A DNA stretch of 64,000 nucleotides, taken from positions 609,008 through 673,007 of the forward strand of contig JAVLKG010000003.1 in assembly GCA_032128875.1 (NCBI GenBank), written 5' to 3'. Shown in pieces: positions 17,121 through 26,920 of the stretch; the first letter of the stretch is position 1, and every line of letters begins with the position of its first letter. Made by a program: the position numbers and the translations under genes. Below the pieces are notes generated by a model. It had not been told where the DNA came from, did no database searches, and was given only the letters and a program-made list of their open reading frames with translations. The stretch is from Candidatus Melainabacteria bacterium 17Bon1m. Lineage in GTDB: Bacteria > Cyanobacteriota > Vampirovibrionia > Obscuribacterales > Obscuribacteraceae.

Positions 17121-19168
17121 TCAGTGAATGAATGAGGTTTGCCTAGAATTTCAGGTCTCTTCAATGTGGGAGCCGCTTCTTTTGGCTCTGCACTAATTTC
17201 TGATTCTTTCGCTTCGTCCTGCTTCGGCAAAATCTTTGCCATTAAAGCTAGATTGTAGATTAGTTCTTCCGGTATGAGTATGTCTGGACGGCGAAGTTTT
17301 GCCACCTCTTCATGACCGCGCGCGACGGCGATCGTCCTGCGAATAACCTCCCCGTTACCCATGAAGAGCGTCGCCTCGCCACTTTCTTCGGAGAACATGA
17401 AAGCTTCGCCTTCCTTGAGTGAGGACGTACCGTGCTCTGCAAGGTATTTAAGTCTGGCGTCTATCGGGTCAATGGGCTTCTCCGCAGCCTTCTGGGTCGA
17501 TGCCGGTTTTTCCTCGTGGTTGAAAGCTGAAAGAAGGGCCGCGACAAGAGAGATGCGCTTGGTGATTGCCGGAGGCATGGTCAAGCTGAACGAACCAACT
17601 TCTAATGTCTCTTCCTTGTTTGAATTGTCAGAAGTATTGAGCGCTGAGAGGGTTGTTTCATCCGGTGTAAAGCTGATTGAAGCAGTCCGTTTTTGCGATT
17701 CTTGCTGGCTTTCTTGTTGTTCAGTGATCGTTTCTGTTGTTTCAGATGTGTCTTTATTTGCTATCTTGCTCGTCTTCTCTTCAGCTTCTTCGGATGCACT
17801 CGTCTCAGCAGATTTGTCCTTGTCGTCGGTGCTGCGCGCAAGATGTTTTTCAAGCCAACCGCGGCGCTCTTTCTTCTCTTCGACGGTCTTTTCTTCGCCA
17901 ACTTTCGCGGTATCCGCAAAGCGCTTTTCCTGGGAGTGCTGTTTTTCTTCTTTCAGGCGTTTTTCTTCGGCAAGCTTTTGCGCCGCAGCTAATTTCTTTT
18001 CCTCAGCAAGAGCTTTCGCGTCAGCGACTCTCTTCTCTTGAGCGAGTCGCTTCTCTTCTTTGATACGCTGAATTTCGGCGCGCTTCTTTTCGGCGGCAAG
18101 TTTTCTTTCGTGCGCTGCCTTCTCGGCCCTTTCTGCTGCGCGTCGCTTTGCTTCACTCCAGAACGAACGGCGCGGCTGTTTTTCTTTCTGCTTTCCAGAT
18201 TCTGCCTTCTCAGAGTCCATCGATATTCTAGGGAGTCCAAGAATGGAAAGCGGATTGAAAACGTGATCTTTTAATTCAGCAAATCCTTCTTTAATCAAGT
18301 CGGAGACAGTGGCATCCGCCGCACTTTCTTTCTCTGATTCCAGCTTGGCTGCGATTTTCGATTCTTTACTGTCTTTGGGCTCTGACCACAAGTCGTCTTC
18401 GTTGATGTGAGTGGTTTTGACCCGACTAGTTTTCTTTTCTGCAATTTCCTCCACTTTAGGATGCAGTTGCAGGATGGTGGTCGGGGACGCGTCGGTTGAG
18501 GACTTGTCACCGGATTCGGTGTTGGTGCCGGGCGCCGTGAGAGTGATGCCTAAGGAGCGTGAAAGTTCTTCTGCTGCGCTTCCGACATTGCCTTGCTCTA
18601 ATCGCACTGTTGCTAAAAGGAGGCGAATGCGAGTGAGGTCATTTTCGTTGAATTTCTTTGGATGAACTGCCCTTTTCCCAGCAGTCTTCGCAGACGACCG
18701 GGCTATCCGCAAAGCTTGTTCCAGGGATGAATCGGCAAGCTTCAAATAGCCTTGCTGTCTAAAGATCAGCGCCTGCTCATAAAATGCATTGATCTGGCGA
18801 GGATTCTTTTGCGTAGCTTTGAGAAATTCAACTAGGGCTTTATTTGTGTTCCCTTTGGCTTTGAGTGCCAGACCCAACTGGTAATGGTCTGTCGCTATGG
18901 GCTTTTTCCGGCCTCTGAAAGTGTGATTTCTGACAAGCGCTTTACCAGTCTTAGGACTGACAGGCACCATCACGGCGGATTGAACGAGCGGCGAGCCAAG
19001 CGGTTGCAACTGTGAGAGCGTAATTATGGGCTGTACTTTATCGCCCGGACTCACAATTTGCTTTGCCACTGCATGAGGTGCCAGGGCCAAACTTGAGGAG
19101 AGGGAAACAGAAATACAGGCAAAAGAAACACGAGATATACGACTCTTGTATATCTTCTGTATAAACAC
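17093..19168 (-). CDS. TPR-containing exported protein with charged coiled-coil region
   Basis: Signal-like N-terminus, TPR motifs at aa ~95-205, E/K/A-rich repeats. Confidence 0.7.
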   Translation of the reverse strand: MFIQKIYKSRISRVSFACISVSLSSSLALAPHAVAKQIVSPGDKVQPIITLSQLQPLGSPLVQSAVMVPVSPKTGKALVRNHTFRGRKKPIATDHYQLGLALKAKGNTNKALVEFLKATQKNPRQINAFYEQALIFRQQGYLKLADSSLEQALRIARSSAKTAGKRAVHPKKFNENDLTRIRLLLATVRLEQGNVGSAAEELSRSLGITLTAPGTNTESGDKSSTDASPTTILQLHPKVEEIAEKKTSRVKTTHINEDDLWSEPKDSKESKIAAKLESEKESAADATVSDLIKEGFAELKDHVFNPLSILGLPRISMDSEKAESGKQKEKQPRRSFWSEAKRRAAERAEKAAHERKLAAEKKRAEIQRIKEEKRLAQEKRVADAKALAEEKKLAAAQKLAEEKRLKEEKQHSQEKRFADTAKVGEEKTVEEKKERRGWLEKHLARSTDDKDKSAETSASEEAEEKTSKIANKDTSETTETITEQQESQQESQKRTASISFTPDETTLSALNTSDNSNKEETLEVGSFSLTMPPAITKRISLVAALLSAFNHEEKPASTQKAAEKPIDPIDARLKYLAEHGTSSLKEGEAFMFSEESGEATLFMGNGEVIRRTIAVARGHEEVAKLRRPDILIPEELIYNLALMAKILPKQDEAKESEISAEPKEAAPTLKRPEILGKPHSFTDWLKDVLNL

Positions 19169-19286
19169 CTAAAACCCTCACCACGACTTGCTTCAAGCTA
19201 ACCCAATCGGATCAATTTTGCAAGCAGTGAAGGTGTCCATCGAGTGAGGGATAGCAGGCGAACTTACGATTGAAAAAGCAGCGCAG

Positions 19287-19772
19287 TTACCTGCCGATCA
19301 AGCGTCTTTCCAGATTGCGTATGCTGGTCTTCCAGGACGGTTCATTGATTGTGCGCAGAATTTTTACAAGCACCGTTTTCGCACCACTTCTGTGCCCACC
19401 CAAAATATCCGTTAGTGGACGGTCGCCGATCACCGCCACTTCAGTTGGTGTCAAGCCGAGCATTTCTATTGCCTGCCTGAAACCTCTGCGGCTGGGTTTT
19501 TTCGCATATCCGATCACTGGCATATCGAAAAGCGCTTTAACCTTTTCCAGGTAAGCCGTGTTTTTGTTGTTGCTCAGGATTACCATCTTGAAGTGCGGTT
19601 TGGCTTTGATTAACCATGCGTTCACTTCATCTGTCAGTCTTCCTGACTTTGACTCCATGAGCGTGCTATCCAGGTCGAAGATCAGTCCCCTGACGCCATC
19701 GGCAACTAGGGTTTCGATAATGATGTCTGTGACGTCTCCGTCGATGTTGTAGGTTGGCTTGATGAAAGGCAT
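19287..19772 (-). CDS. yqeG: YqeG-family HAD IIIA phosphatase
   Basis: FDLDSTL, LSNN, AKKP, IGDRPLTDILGG. Confidence 0.88.
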   Translation of the reverse strand: MPFIKPTYNIDGDVTDIIIETLVADGVRGLIFDLDSTLMESKSGRLTDEVNAWLIKAKPHFKMVILSNNKNTAYLEKVKALFDMPVIGYAKKPSRRGFRQAIEMLGLTPTEVAVIGDRPLTDILGGHRSGAKTVLVKILRTINEPSWKTSIRNLERRLIGR

Positions 19773-19989
19773 TGGAAAACCATCTGTTTAAAAATGCGCG
19801 TTGTTTCCGGCGAACAAAGCTCCAGGTAAAGCGAAATTACACTGATAAGGAATAAATCGAACGTATCGGCCGCTTCTTTTGGCTTGTAAAATCCCGTGCT
19901 GGCGCAGCTTTAGGAAGATTCTGTGATTATATCTGGTCCCGTGAGGAATTGTTTATGTTTTTTGCTCGAGCCGCTGAGAGCCGGTAAAA

Positions 19990-20811
19990 TTGCCAGTTAG
20001 TGCTCTCGATATGCACGACCGAGCTCTTTCAGTGAGTCAACTGTTGAAAGCGTCAAAAACCCAGCCTGTCAGCTCAAAGGATACCGAGGCGGCGCAGGCG
20101 ACATCAATGTCCACTTTGCCGCTCAGGCACGTAGCCATCATCATGGATGGCAATCGCCGTTGGGCTGATCAGCGCAAGTTGCCGCGCCTTTCAGGTCATA
20201 AAGAGGGTGTTAAATCACTGAAGAGGCTTGTGCAGCACGCTGGAGCCATTGGGCTGGAATATTTGACCGTCTACGCCTTTTCAAGCGAAAACTGGCAGCG
20301 CAGCAAGGAAGAGGTTCGGTATTTGTTCGAACTGTTCAGCAATGTGCTGCGCGATGAGTTTACCGAGCTGGCTGACAATAAAGTCCGCCTCCGCTTTCTC
20401 GGAGACATGTCAACAATCCCCGCTCGCTTGAGGAAATCATTCGAGCGTTCGATGGAAGATTCCAAAAACAATACTGGACTGAATCTCCAGGTCGCTATCA
20501 ACTACGGTTCTCGACTGGAAATTACTCAGGCTGCAAAGCGCCTCGCCATCGATGTGGCTGCAGGAAAGTTGAATGCGAATGAAATTACGGAAGACTTGTT
20601 TGCCAATTACCTTTTTACCGAAGACATTCCGGACCCGGAAATGATGATTAGAACCGGCGGCGAGATGCGCCTCTCTAATTACTTATTATGGCAAGCCGCT
20701 TATTCGGAGCTATATATTACGCCGACTCTCTGGCCAGACTTTTCGCCACAGAACTTTGACGAAGCGCTCGACGAATACGCGCACAGAAATCGCCGGTTTG
20801 GCGCTGACTAA
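19990..20811 (+). CDS. uppS: Isoprenyl transferase (undecaprenyl diphosphate synthase); start uncertain
   Basis: HVAIIMDGNRRWA, YAFSSENW.R, NYGSR, IRTGGEMRLSNYLLWQ, RRFG. Confidence 0.95.
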   Translation: MPVSALDMHDRALSVSQLLKASKTQPVSSKDTEAAQATSMSTLPLRHVAIIMDGNRRWADQRKLPRLSGHKEGVKSLKRLVQHAGAIGLEYLTVYAFSSENWQRSKEEVRYLFELFSNVLRDEFTELADNKVRLRFLGDMSTIPARLRKSFERSMEDSKNNTGLNLQVAINYGSRLEITQAAKRLAIDVAAGKLNANEITEDLFANYLFTEDIPDPEMMIRTGGEMRLSNYLLWQAAYSELYITPTLWPDFSPQNFDEALDEYAHRNRRFGAD

Positions 20812-20865
20812 ACTTTTCGCTTTAAATGCTATTTGTGTTGAAAACGCGTAGTTCCGGCCAGAAGC

Positions 20866-22572
20866 TTATCGCGGATAGTATCCGCCTTGCTGTGGCGGGT
20901 AACCACCTTGTGTTGGCGGCGGGTAACCGCTTTGAGGTGGAGGATAGCCGCCCTGTGGTGGCGGGGCGAAACCACCTTGCGGTTGTGGATAGCCACCATA
21001 TCCGCCACCACCGTAAGGGTAACCATATTGAGGCGGTGGAGGGGCTCCTGCGGCTACCTGCATTGATTCATCCAGCTGTATTGGCAGTTGCGAGCCGGCA
21101 GTTATAGTGACTTCTGACCCTTTTCGAACGACCGCGCCCACAGCGCCAACGCCGCCACCAAGTGCGGTGCCGAATACTGCGCCCATACCCGTGCTGCGCC
21201 CGACTTGTCCTCTTCCTGTTGCGCCTACGATTGCACCGAGTGCTGTGCCGAGAGCGGCACCACCGGCAGCGCCCACGCCTGTCGTGACCATGCCTTTGCC
21301 AACTCTTCCGGCTGTTGTTCCGCCGGTCAACCTTAACTGATTGTCGTCAATTGAAGCGGAAAGAGGAACCCGCCGCCCGTCCGGAGTTTCGATTTGAGTG
21401 AAGCGAATGTCGATTTTTCCATTGGCGCCAAACTTGAAACGCTTCGCTGAAACCACGTTGGTAACTTGTCCTACAAGCTTGCTTCCGGCTGGAACGACAG
21501 GAACACCATCGGAGTAAATCGGTGAGCCTAATGTCGCTTCAACTGATTCTCCCGGTTGTGTGGACCCAGAATCGAGCGTGTTTTTTAGAGTAGCTTGGAG
21601 CTTCGTTCCTGCGGCCACTACTGCAACTCGGCCGGCGAGATATGGCTGAGGTGGAGGATAGGCGCCAGCTTGTGGATACTGTGGCTGCATGGGTTGCATG
21701 GGTGGATAACCTTGTTGTGCTGCACCGGCATAAGGATTTTGCGGTGGCATCTGCCCTTGTTGTGGGTAACCTGGCTGTCCATAGCCCTGTTCGCTGACTC
21801 GTCCCTGAAAAGCTTGAGGTGACACTAATTGTGTCGATGCTGCATTCTGCGCGGGTGCATTTTGTGCCCCTAGATTTTGAGCCGTTCCATTTTGCGCTGT
21901 TGCACTTTGAACGGCTTGCGCTGTCGAATCTGCAATGTCTTTTCTCGCTTGAGTTTGCTGCAGTCGATATAAGAGTGCTGCCGCTGCGGCTCTTGTGGCT
22001 ATCGTCGTAGCGTCCACCAGATTGGGCTTTTCGTCACCGTCTAAAAGTCCGCTCTCTGCTGCCTGTGCAACACCTGTTCGTGCCCATTGTGGAACCTTGC
22101 TGCCGTCTTCGAACCGAGACAGTACGCGTTCTACAGTACCTTCATCGGGCGGTTGAGTTTGCAGCGCGCGCGCCACAATCACAATTACTTCGCCCTGTTG
22201 GATAAATTGATTTGGTCGAAAACCGTCTGCAAATCCTGCTATGAAATTGTTTTGCCGAATAATTTCAACGTATTTGTAATAAGGGTCGCTGACTTTGACG
22301 TCCGGAAAGCTTGGTGTCGTCGACACCGGCTGGTTTTCCAAACCGAGTGCGCGGACCATCCACATCGAAAGTACGGCACGCGTAACTGGCTCGCCTGGCT
22401 TAAACTTGCCGTCCGCCTCGGCTGGAATTACACCTTTGTCGGATAATTCATTGACGTACTTCTCAGCCCAACTGCTGCCCAGGTCGACAAATCTGGCTGC
22501 GTACGCCGGCAGAAGAGTGTTTATGGCGAAGAGCGCTGCCAGCGCAGCCGGCTTCACTTTTGAAAGACGCAT
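20866..22572 (-). CDS. SLH-domain protein with glycine-zipper module and Gly/Tyr/Pro/Gln-rich tail
   Basis: Signal peptide from ATG 22572, three SLH repeats (F.P..P.TRA), GAAGGAALGTALGAIVG zipper, GYPPPQ repeats. Confidence 0.8.
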   Translation of the reverse strand: MRLSKVKPAALAALFAINTLLPAYAARFVDLGSSWAEKYVNELSDKGVIPAEADGKFKPGEPVTRAVLSMWMVRALGLENQPVSTTPSFPDVKVSDPYYKYVEIIRQNNFIAGFADGFRPNQFIQQGEVIVIVARALQTQPPDEGTVERVLSRFEDGSKVPQWARTGVAQAAESGLLDGDEKPNLVDATTIATRAAAAALLYRLQQTQARKDIADSTAQAVQSATAQNGTAQNLGAQNAPAQNAASTQLVSPQAFQGRVSEQGYGQPGYPQQGQMPPQNPYAGAAQQGYPPMQPMQPQYPQAGAYPPPQPYLAGRVAVVAAGTKLQATLKNTLDSGSTQPGESVEATLGSPIYSDGVPVVPAGSKLVGQVTNVVSAKRFKFGANGKIDIRFTQIETPDGRRVPLSASIDDNQLRLTGGTTAGRVGKGMVTTGVGAAGGAALGTALGAIVGATGRGQVGRSTGMGAVFGTALGGGVGAVGAVVRKGSEVTITAGSQLPIQLDESMQVAAGAPPPPQYGYPYGGGGYGGYPQPQGGFAPPPQGGYPPPQSGYPPPTQGGYPPQQGGYYPR

Positions 22573-22783
22573 AGACACTCCTCGATAAAGTACCCAGCAT
22601 CGGAATCCTGTCTCCCTGGCGCAAACCCAAAAGATCCCGCCCATCATCGATACACTCGATAACTACTATAGCCTATATGGTAAATTTCAAGTTTTTCTAA
22701 ACGTGTGAAATCAGGCGCCTACGAGGGTGCCGCGCTTCTAAATCGATTTATCTGGACGCTAGCGACGAGTTTCCTTTTGTCGA

Positions 22784-23152
22784 TTAGCCGATCATCTGCT
22801 GGAGGCTCTTTCCTTGTTCTTCTACCGAGCGGATCAGACCTTCCAGATTGATCTTCTGATTCTTGGCGGTGAGCACTACGAGGAAGTGGTTGGCTACTTC
22901 ATAGAAGTGCAGGATGCCCTGGTCTGTCAGAAGTGTCATCTGCATGAGATTTCCGCGATTCATTCTCTGTATCGAAACATCATTGTTGGAAAACAAAGTT
23001 GCGGACAATGCGCCGATCATCGCCACGTCTACTTCGGGCGGCAGTGATGTAGCTACAACCTGTCCGTCTCGTGAGATGAGCAAACAACCCAAAATACCGT
23101 GCTTCCCATTGAGGGTGTTTAAAAGCGCCATCAGTTGTTGGGTATCGGCCAT
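22784..23152 (-). CDS. Roadblock/LC7 (MglB-like) protein
   Basis: GILGCLLISRDGQVVA..., INLEGL; size typical of the family. Confidence 0.8.
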   Translation of the reverse strand: MADTQQLMALLNTLNGKHGILGCLLISRDGQVVATSLPPEVDVAMIGALSATLFSNNDVSIQRMNRGNLMQMTLLTDQGILHFYEVANHFLVVLTAKNQKINLEGLIRSVEEQGKSLQQMIG

Positions 23153-23220
23153 TTTGTTTCTCCTGAGATGTCGAACTTTCGGCAGTTAGGCGACGCGCGC
23201 ATCACCATCATGGCACAAGA

Positions 23221-23925
23221 TTACTTCGTATCTTCGTGCTTGGCACTATCCTTTTCTTTGTCTTTCTTCGGGTCTGGTGCGCTGGCGATCTTCACAAGCT
23301 GTTTGACGTCAACCCATGGTTCGTCCAGGGCGGTGGCGAACACCGTGCCGGCCACTTCAATCGTGTCGCCGTCTTTGAGGTCTTGCAGCAGTTTGTTTTT
23401 AGGATCTTTGTCCTTCGGAATTGGCATCGCCAATTTGATTTCCGAAAAAGGCACCTTGCTATTTGGTCGTAAAATCAAGAAAGACAGGTAGCTCTTAGAC
23501 GCGCGCATCGCTGGCTTGTAGTCAAGAGCGAGGCTCGAGTATGCGTGAAACGGAGCGGTGAACTTCACGTTTTTGTGCAGGTATTTATTAGGCTCGTCCA
23601 CCAGCTGCTGGGTCGTGACGTTTTGAACATTTTCAAGGGGCGGTTCTGGCACTGGAGCTGCTTCTGCCTTCTCCTTGCCGTCTTTGTCCTTGGCGTCCTT
23701 GTCCTTGCTGTCCTTCTCGGCGCCAGCGGGCTCTTTCTTGTCTTTAGCTGGTTTTGCGCTCGTACCGCTCGCCTTGGGCGCCGCGACGCTTTGCTGTGTG
23801 CTCACAAAACCTACAACCGTCAACGAGAGCGAAGCTGCTACTGCAAAGGCTATAAGTCCGCGCTTCGAATCTTTCAAATTGGTTGAGCTGATTTTTTGAT
23901 GCTTGATTTCTGTCATAACTTTCAC
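23221..23925 (-). CDS. Exported hypothetical protein (possible OB-fold)
   Basis: TM/signal segment, K/D-rich linker, LKDGDTIEVAG. Confidence 0.65.
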   Translation of the reverse strand: MKVMTEIKHQKISSTNLKDSKRGLIAFAVAASLSLTVVGFVSTQQSVAAPKASGTSAKPAKDKKEPAGAEKDSKDKDAKDKDGKEKAEAAPVPEPPLENVQNVTTQQLVDEPNKYLHKNVKFTAPFHAYSSLALDYKPAMRASKSYLSFLILRPNSKVPFSEIKLAMPIPKDKDPKNKLLQDLKDGDTIEVAGTVFATALDEPWVDVKQLVKIASAPDPKKDKEKDSAKHEDTK

Positions 23926-24235
23926 CGGTTACCGCCCTATTTTTGGCTCGGAAATTTGCAGGACCCACCTAACGCCTTCTCAGGCTCCCGCTTAAGAGTC
24001 GTCTAAATTACCAAAGGCTCATCTTACCAGAAGCTTATCCTCTAATGCGAACAGACTCCTGTGTCGAAATGTAAGATTGGTCTGTCTCACAGTCGTTCTG
24101 ATGATTTCCGTATGTGTCGAATTGTTTTGACTACAAAATGAGCACAAAGCAAATCGAAAAGATATGCAGCGGGATCTGCCAAGGTGCGGCGGAGAATTGG
24201 GGAACTAGAAAGCGAACGTAAGGTGTTTTGAAAAC

Positions 24236-26887
24236 GTGAAAAAAGCGAAGAACACGCAAAACGAAGTGGCAGAAAATGCAGAAATCGGCGACACCCCCGT
24301 CGCCGAAGTCGAAAAACCCCGCGAGCTGACGCCTTTAATGCGTCAATACTGGGAGATTAAGTCTCAATATCCGGACTTCCTGGTTTTTTTCAGAGTTGGT
24401 GACTTCTATGAAATGTTCGATAGCGATGCCCAAGTTGCGTCCCGCGAACTCGATATCACACTAACGGGCAGACCAGAGTCTTCATATCCGGGCGGTCGCA
24501 TGCCGATGGCTGGTGTGCCAGTGCGCGCAGTCGATGCTTATCTGGCGAGGTTGATTCAAAAAGGATATTCGGTCGCGATCTGCGAACAGGTCGGCATTGT
24601 CGGCGCAGAGAAAGGACCTGTCGAGCGTCAAGTAACCAGAATTTTGACACCAGGTACGGTGCTCGAATCTCACCTTTTGCCTGTTAGGGAAAACAATTAT
24701 TTGCTGTCTGCTGTGAAAGCGACGGGTGCAAACGACCTGTGGGGGTTGGCTTTTGTTGACGCTTCGTGTGGTGAGTTCTTCGTCACGCAAGTTCCGGAAA
24801 GCACACTCGCAATTGAAATCGGCCGCATTCAACCAAGAGAAATCATTGCTGCTAAGCGGGTCGTTAAACCTCAGGGCGATGATGTTGTAGCTCGTGAAGT
24901 TATTGATTTGCCCCCGGCGATATTGGAGCAATACCATGTAACCGGTCGACCGGCGATGTATTTCCAATTCGAGCCGGCGCAAAGACGTGTTTGCCAATTC
25001 TTTGAAGTTTCCACCCTGGAAGGATTCGGCTGTCACAAAATGCCGCTCGCGACCGCTGCAGCAGGCGCGGCTCTGGAATATCTGGAGAAGACTTGCGGTT
25101 CTCAAATCCCTCGCTTCAACGGTATCTCGACCTATAGCGTCGATGGTCATATGACGATGGATGAAAACACCCGGCGCAATCTTGAGCTGACTGAAACTTC
25201 GCGTGACGGTGTTTTTCAAGGCAGCTTGCTTTGGGTTATTGATCAAACGCAAACCGGCATGGGCAGCCGTATGATGCGCAAATGGTTGATGCGCCCTCTC
25301 TTTGACGTCGCAGCGATTGAACAGCGTCAAAATGCAATTGAAGAATTGATCGGGCAACATCAAGTTCGCGAAACCCTGAAGGATTGCCTCTCTTCCTTGT
25401 CTGATTTGGAACGCCTTTCGGTCAAGCTTTCGTCCGGTACGATCAATCCCAAGGAATTGGCTGCGGTAGAAAATTCTCTCTCTCAATTACCCGCTTTAAA
25501 AAGCGCCGTCAAAGGTCTGAAGAGCGATAGCCTCAGGTGTTTATCTGAGCTTCCATTGAGTTTGGAAACTCTGAAGGAGGAAATCTCTCGTGCGCTTTGT
25601 GCAGATCCTCCCAGAGAATTGACTGAAGGCGGCATCTTCAAGGAAGGATACGACGAAGAACTGGACGAGATTCGTGGTTTGCTTGGTGGTGGAAAACAGT
25701 GGATCGAAGATCTGCAAAAGAAAGAAGCTGATCGCACAGGCATAAAGAGTTTGAAGGTCAACTTCAATCGCAACTTTGGTTATTTCATCGAAGTGACAAA
25801 CTCGCAGAAGGGCTTGGTTCCTGATGATTACATCAGGAAGCAGACTTTGACGAATGCTGAGCGTTTCATTACTCCAGAACTAAAAGAGTATGAAGCGAAA
25901 ATCCTCAATGCTGAAAAAGGTCAGTCCGACGTTGAATATAAGTTGTTTACTCAACTAAGGCAGCGTCTCACATCCGTTGGTGGAGACTTGCTCGCTGTTG
26001 CTAATAACCTGGCGACACTCGACGCTCTTCTTTCGCTCGCTAAAGTCGCGATCGAAGGAAGGTATGTCAAACCGCAAGTTGATAATTCTTTGGAACTGAA
26101 GATCTCCAGGGGCCGACATCCGGTGTTGGAGCGTATCTTACCCAAAGGCAGATATGTCGCCAACGACACTCGTCTTGAAGGCGATAGCGAAGATCACCAA
26201 ATGATCATCCTTACCGGTCCAAACATGGCTGGTAAATCAAGTCTGTTGAAACAGACCGCACACATTGTGATTCTGGCTCAAATGGGCTCTTTCGTTCCTG
26301 CTGATGCAGCTACTGTCGGTATTGTCGATCGGATTTTTACACGCATCGGCGCTGCGGACGATTTGTCTCAAGGGCAGTCTACATTCCTCGTAGAAATGAG
26401 TGAAACGACGCAGTGCTGCTTGTCGGCAACCAGCCGTTCGCTAATTCTCTTAGATGAAGTTGGGCGCGGCACCAGCACCTACGACGGTGTTGCGATTGCC
26501 TGGTCAGTGTCCGAATATCTTGCAAAAGAAGTACGTGCTCGAACGATATTCGCAACTCACTACCATGAGTTGAACGGGCTTGCTAGCTTCTTCCCGCAGA
26601 TATCCAATTATCAGGTTCTCGTCAAAGAAGTCGACGGGCATGTGGAATTCATTCGCTCCATCGCTCCTGGTGGTGCCAGCAGAAGCTTTGGTATTCAGGT
26701 CGCCAAAATGGCCGGTCTGCCTGCTGAAATCATCACCCGTGCGCAACACTTGATGCAGCAAATGGAGCGCCGCAGTGCTGCCAGCAAGATTCTGGACGGA
26801 CCAAAGTTTAGAAGCATTCCGATTGACGAGGTAATGCAATTGTCTCTCTTTGAGGCTGCCACTGCGGGCAGTGTTAGTGAGAGTTAG
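24236..26887 (+). CDS. mutS: DNA mismatch repair protein MutS
   Basis: TPLMRQY, FRVGDFYEMF, TGPNMAGKS, DEVGRGTST, FATHYHEL. Confidence 0.97.
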   Translation: MKKAKNTQNEVAENAEIGDTPVAEVEKPRELTPLMRQYWEIKSQYPDFLVFFRVGDFYEMFDSDAQVASRELDITLTGRPESSYPGGRMPMAGVPVRAVDAYLARLIQKGYSVAICEQVGIVGAEKGPVERQVTRILTPGTVLESHLLPVRENNYLLSAVKATGANDLWGLAFVDASCGEFFVTQVPESTLAIEIGRIQPREIIAAKRVVKPQGDDVVAREVIDLPPAILEQYHVTGRPAMYFQFEPAQRRVCQFFEVSTLEGFGCHKMPLATAAAGAALEYLEKTCGSQIPRFNGISTYSVDGHMTMDENTRRNLELTETSRDGVFQGSLLWVIDQTQTGMGSRMMRKWLMRPLFDVAAIEQRQNAIEELIGQHQVRETLKDCLSSLSDLERLSVKLSSGTINPKELAAVENSLSQLPALKSAVKGLKSDSLRCLSELPLSLETLKEEISRALCADPPRELTEGGIFKEGYDEELDEIRGLLGGGKQWIEDLQKKEADRTGIKSLKVNFNRNFGYFIEVTNSQKGLVPDDYIRKQTLTNAERFITPELKEYEAKILNAEKGQSDVEYKLFTQLRQRLTSVGGDLLAVANNLATLDALLSLAKVAIEGRYVKPQVDNSLELKISRGRHPVLERILPKGRYVANDTRLEGDSEDHQMIILTGPNMAGKSSLLKQTAHIVILAQMGSFVPADAATVGIVDRIFTRIGAADDLSQGQSTFLVEMSETTQCCLSATSRSLILLDEVGRGTSTYDGVAIAWSVSEYLAKEVRARTIFATHYHELNGLASFFPQISNYQVLVKEVDGHVEFIRSIAPGGASRSFGIQVAKMAGLPAEIITRAQHLMQQMERRSAASKILDGPKFRSIPIDEVMQLSLFEAATAGSVSES

Positions 26888-26920
26888 ATTCGAAGAAAGT
26901 GTCGAGGGGTCATTTGGTTA

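Noticed and set aside
20880-21050. Short repeated units that might suggest a CRISPR or repeat array
   Set aside because: They encode the GYPPPQ tail of the SLH protein; there is no constant repeat with unique spacers and no cas gene.
24482-25486. 334-aa antisense ORF within mutS (likewise 43541-44590 within the nucleotidase)
   Set aside because: Typical antisense open frames arising from codon bias of the real gene; no protein-like motifs.
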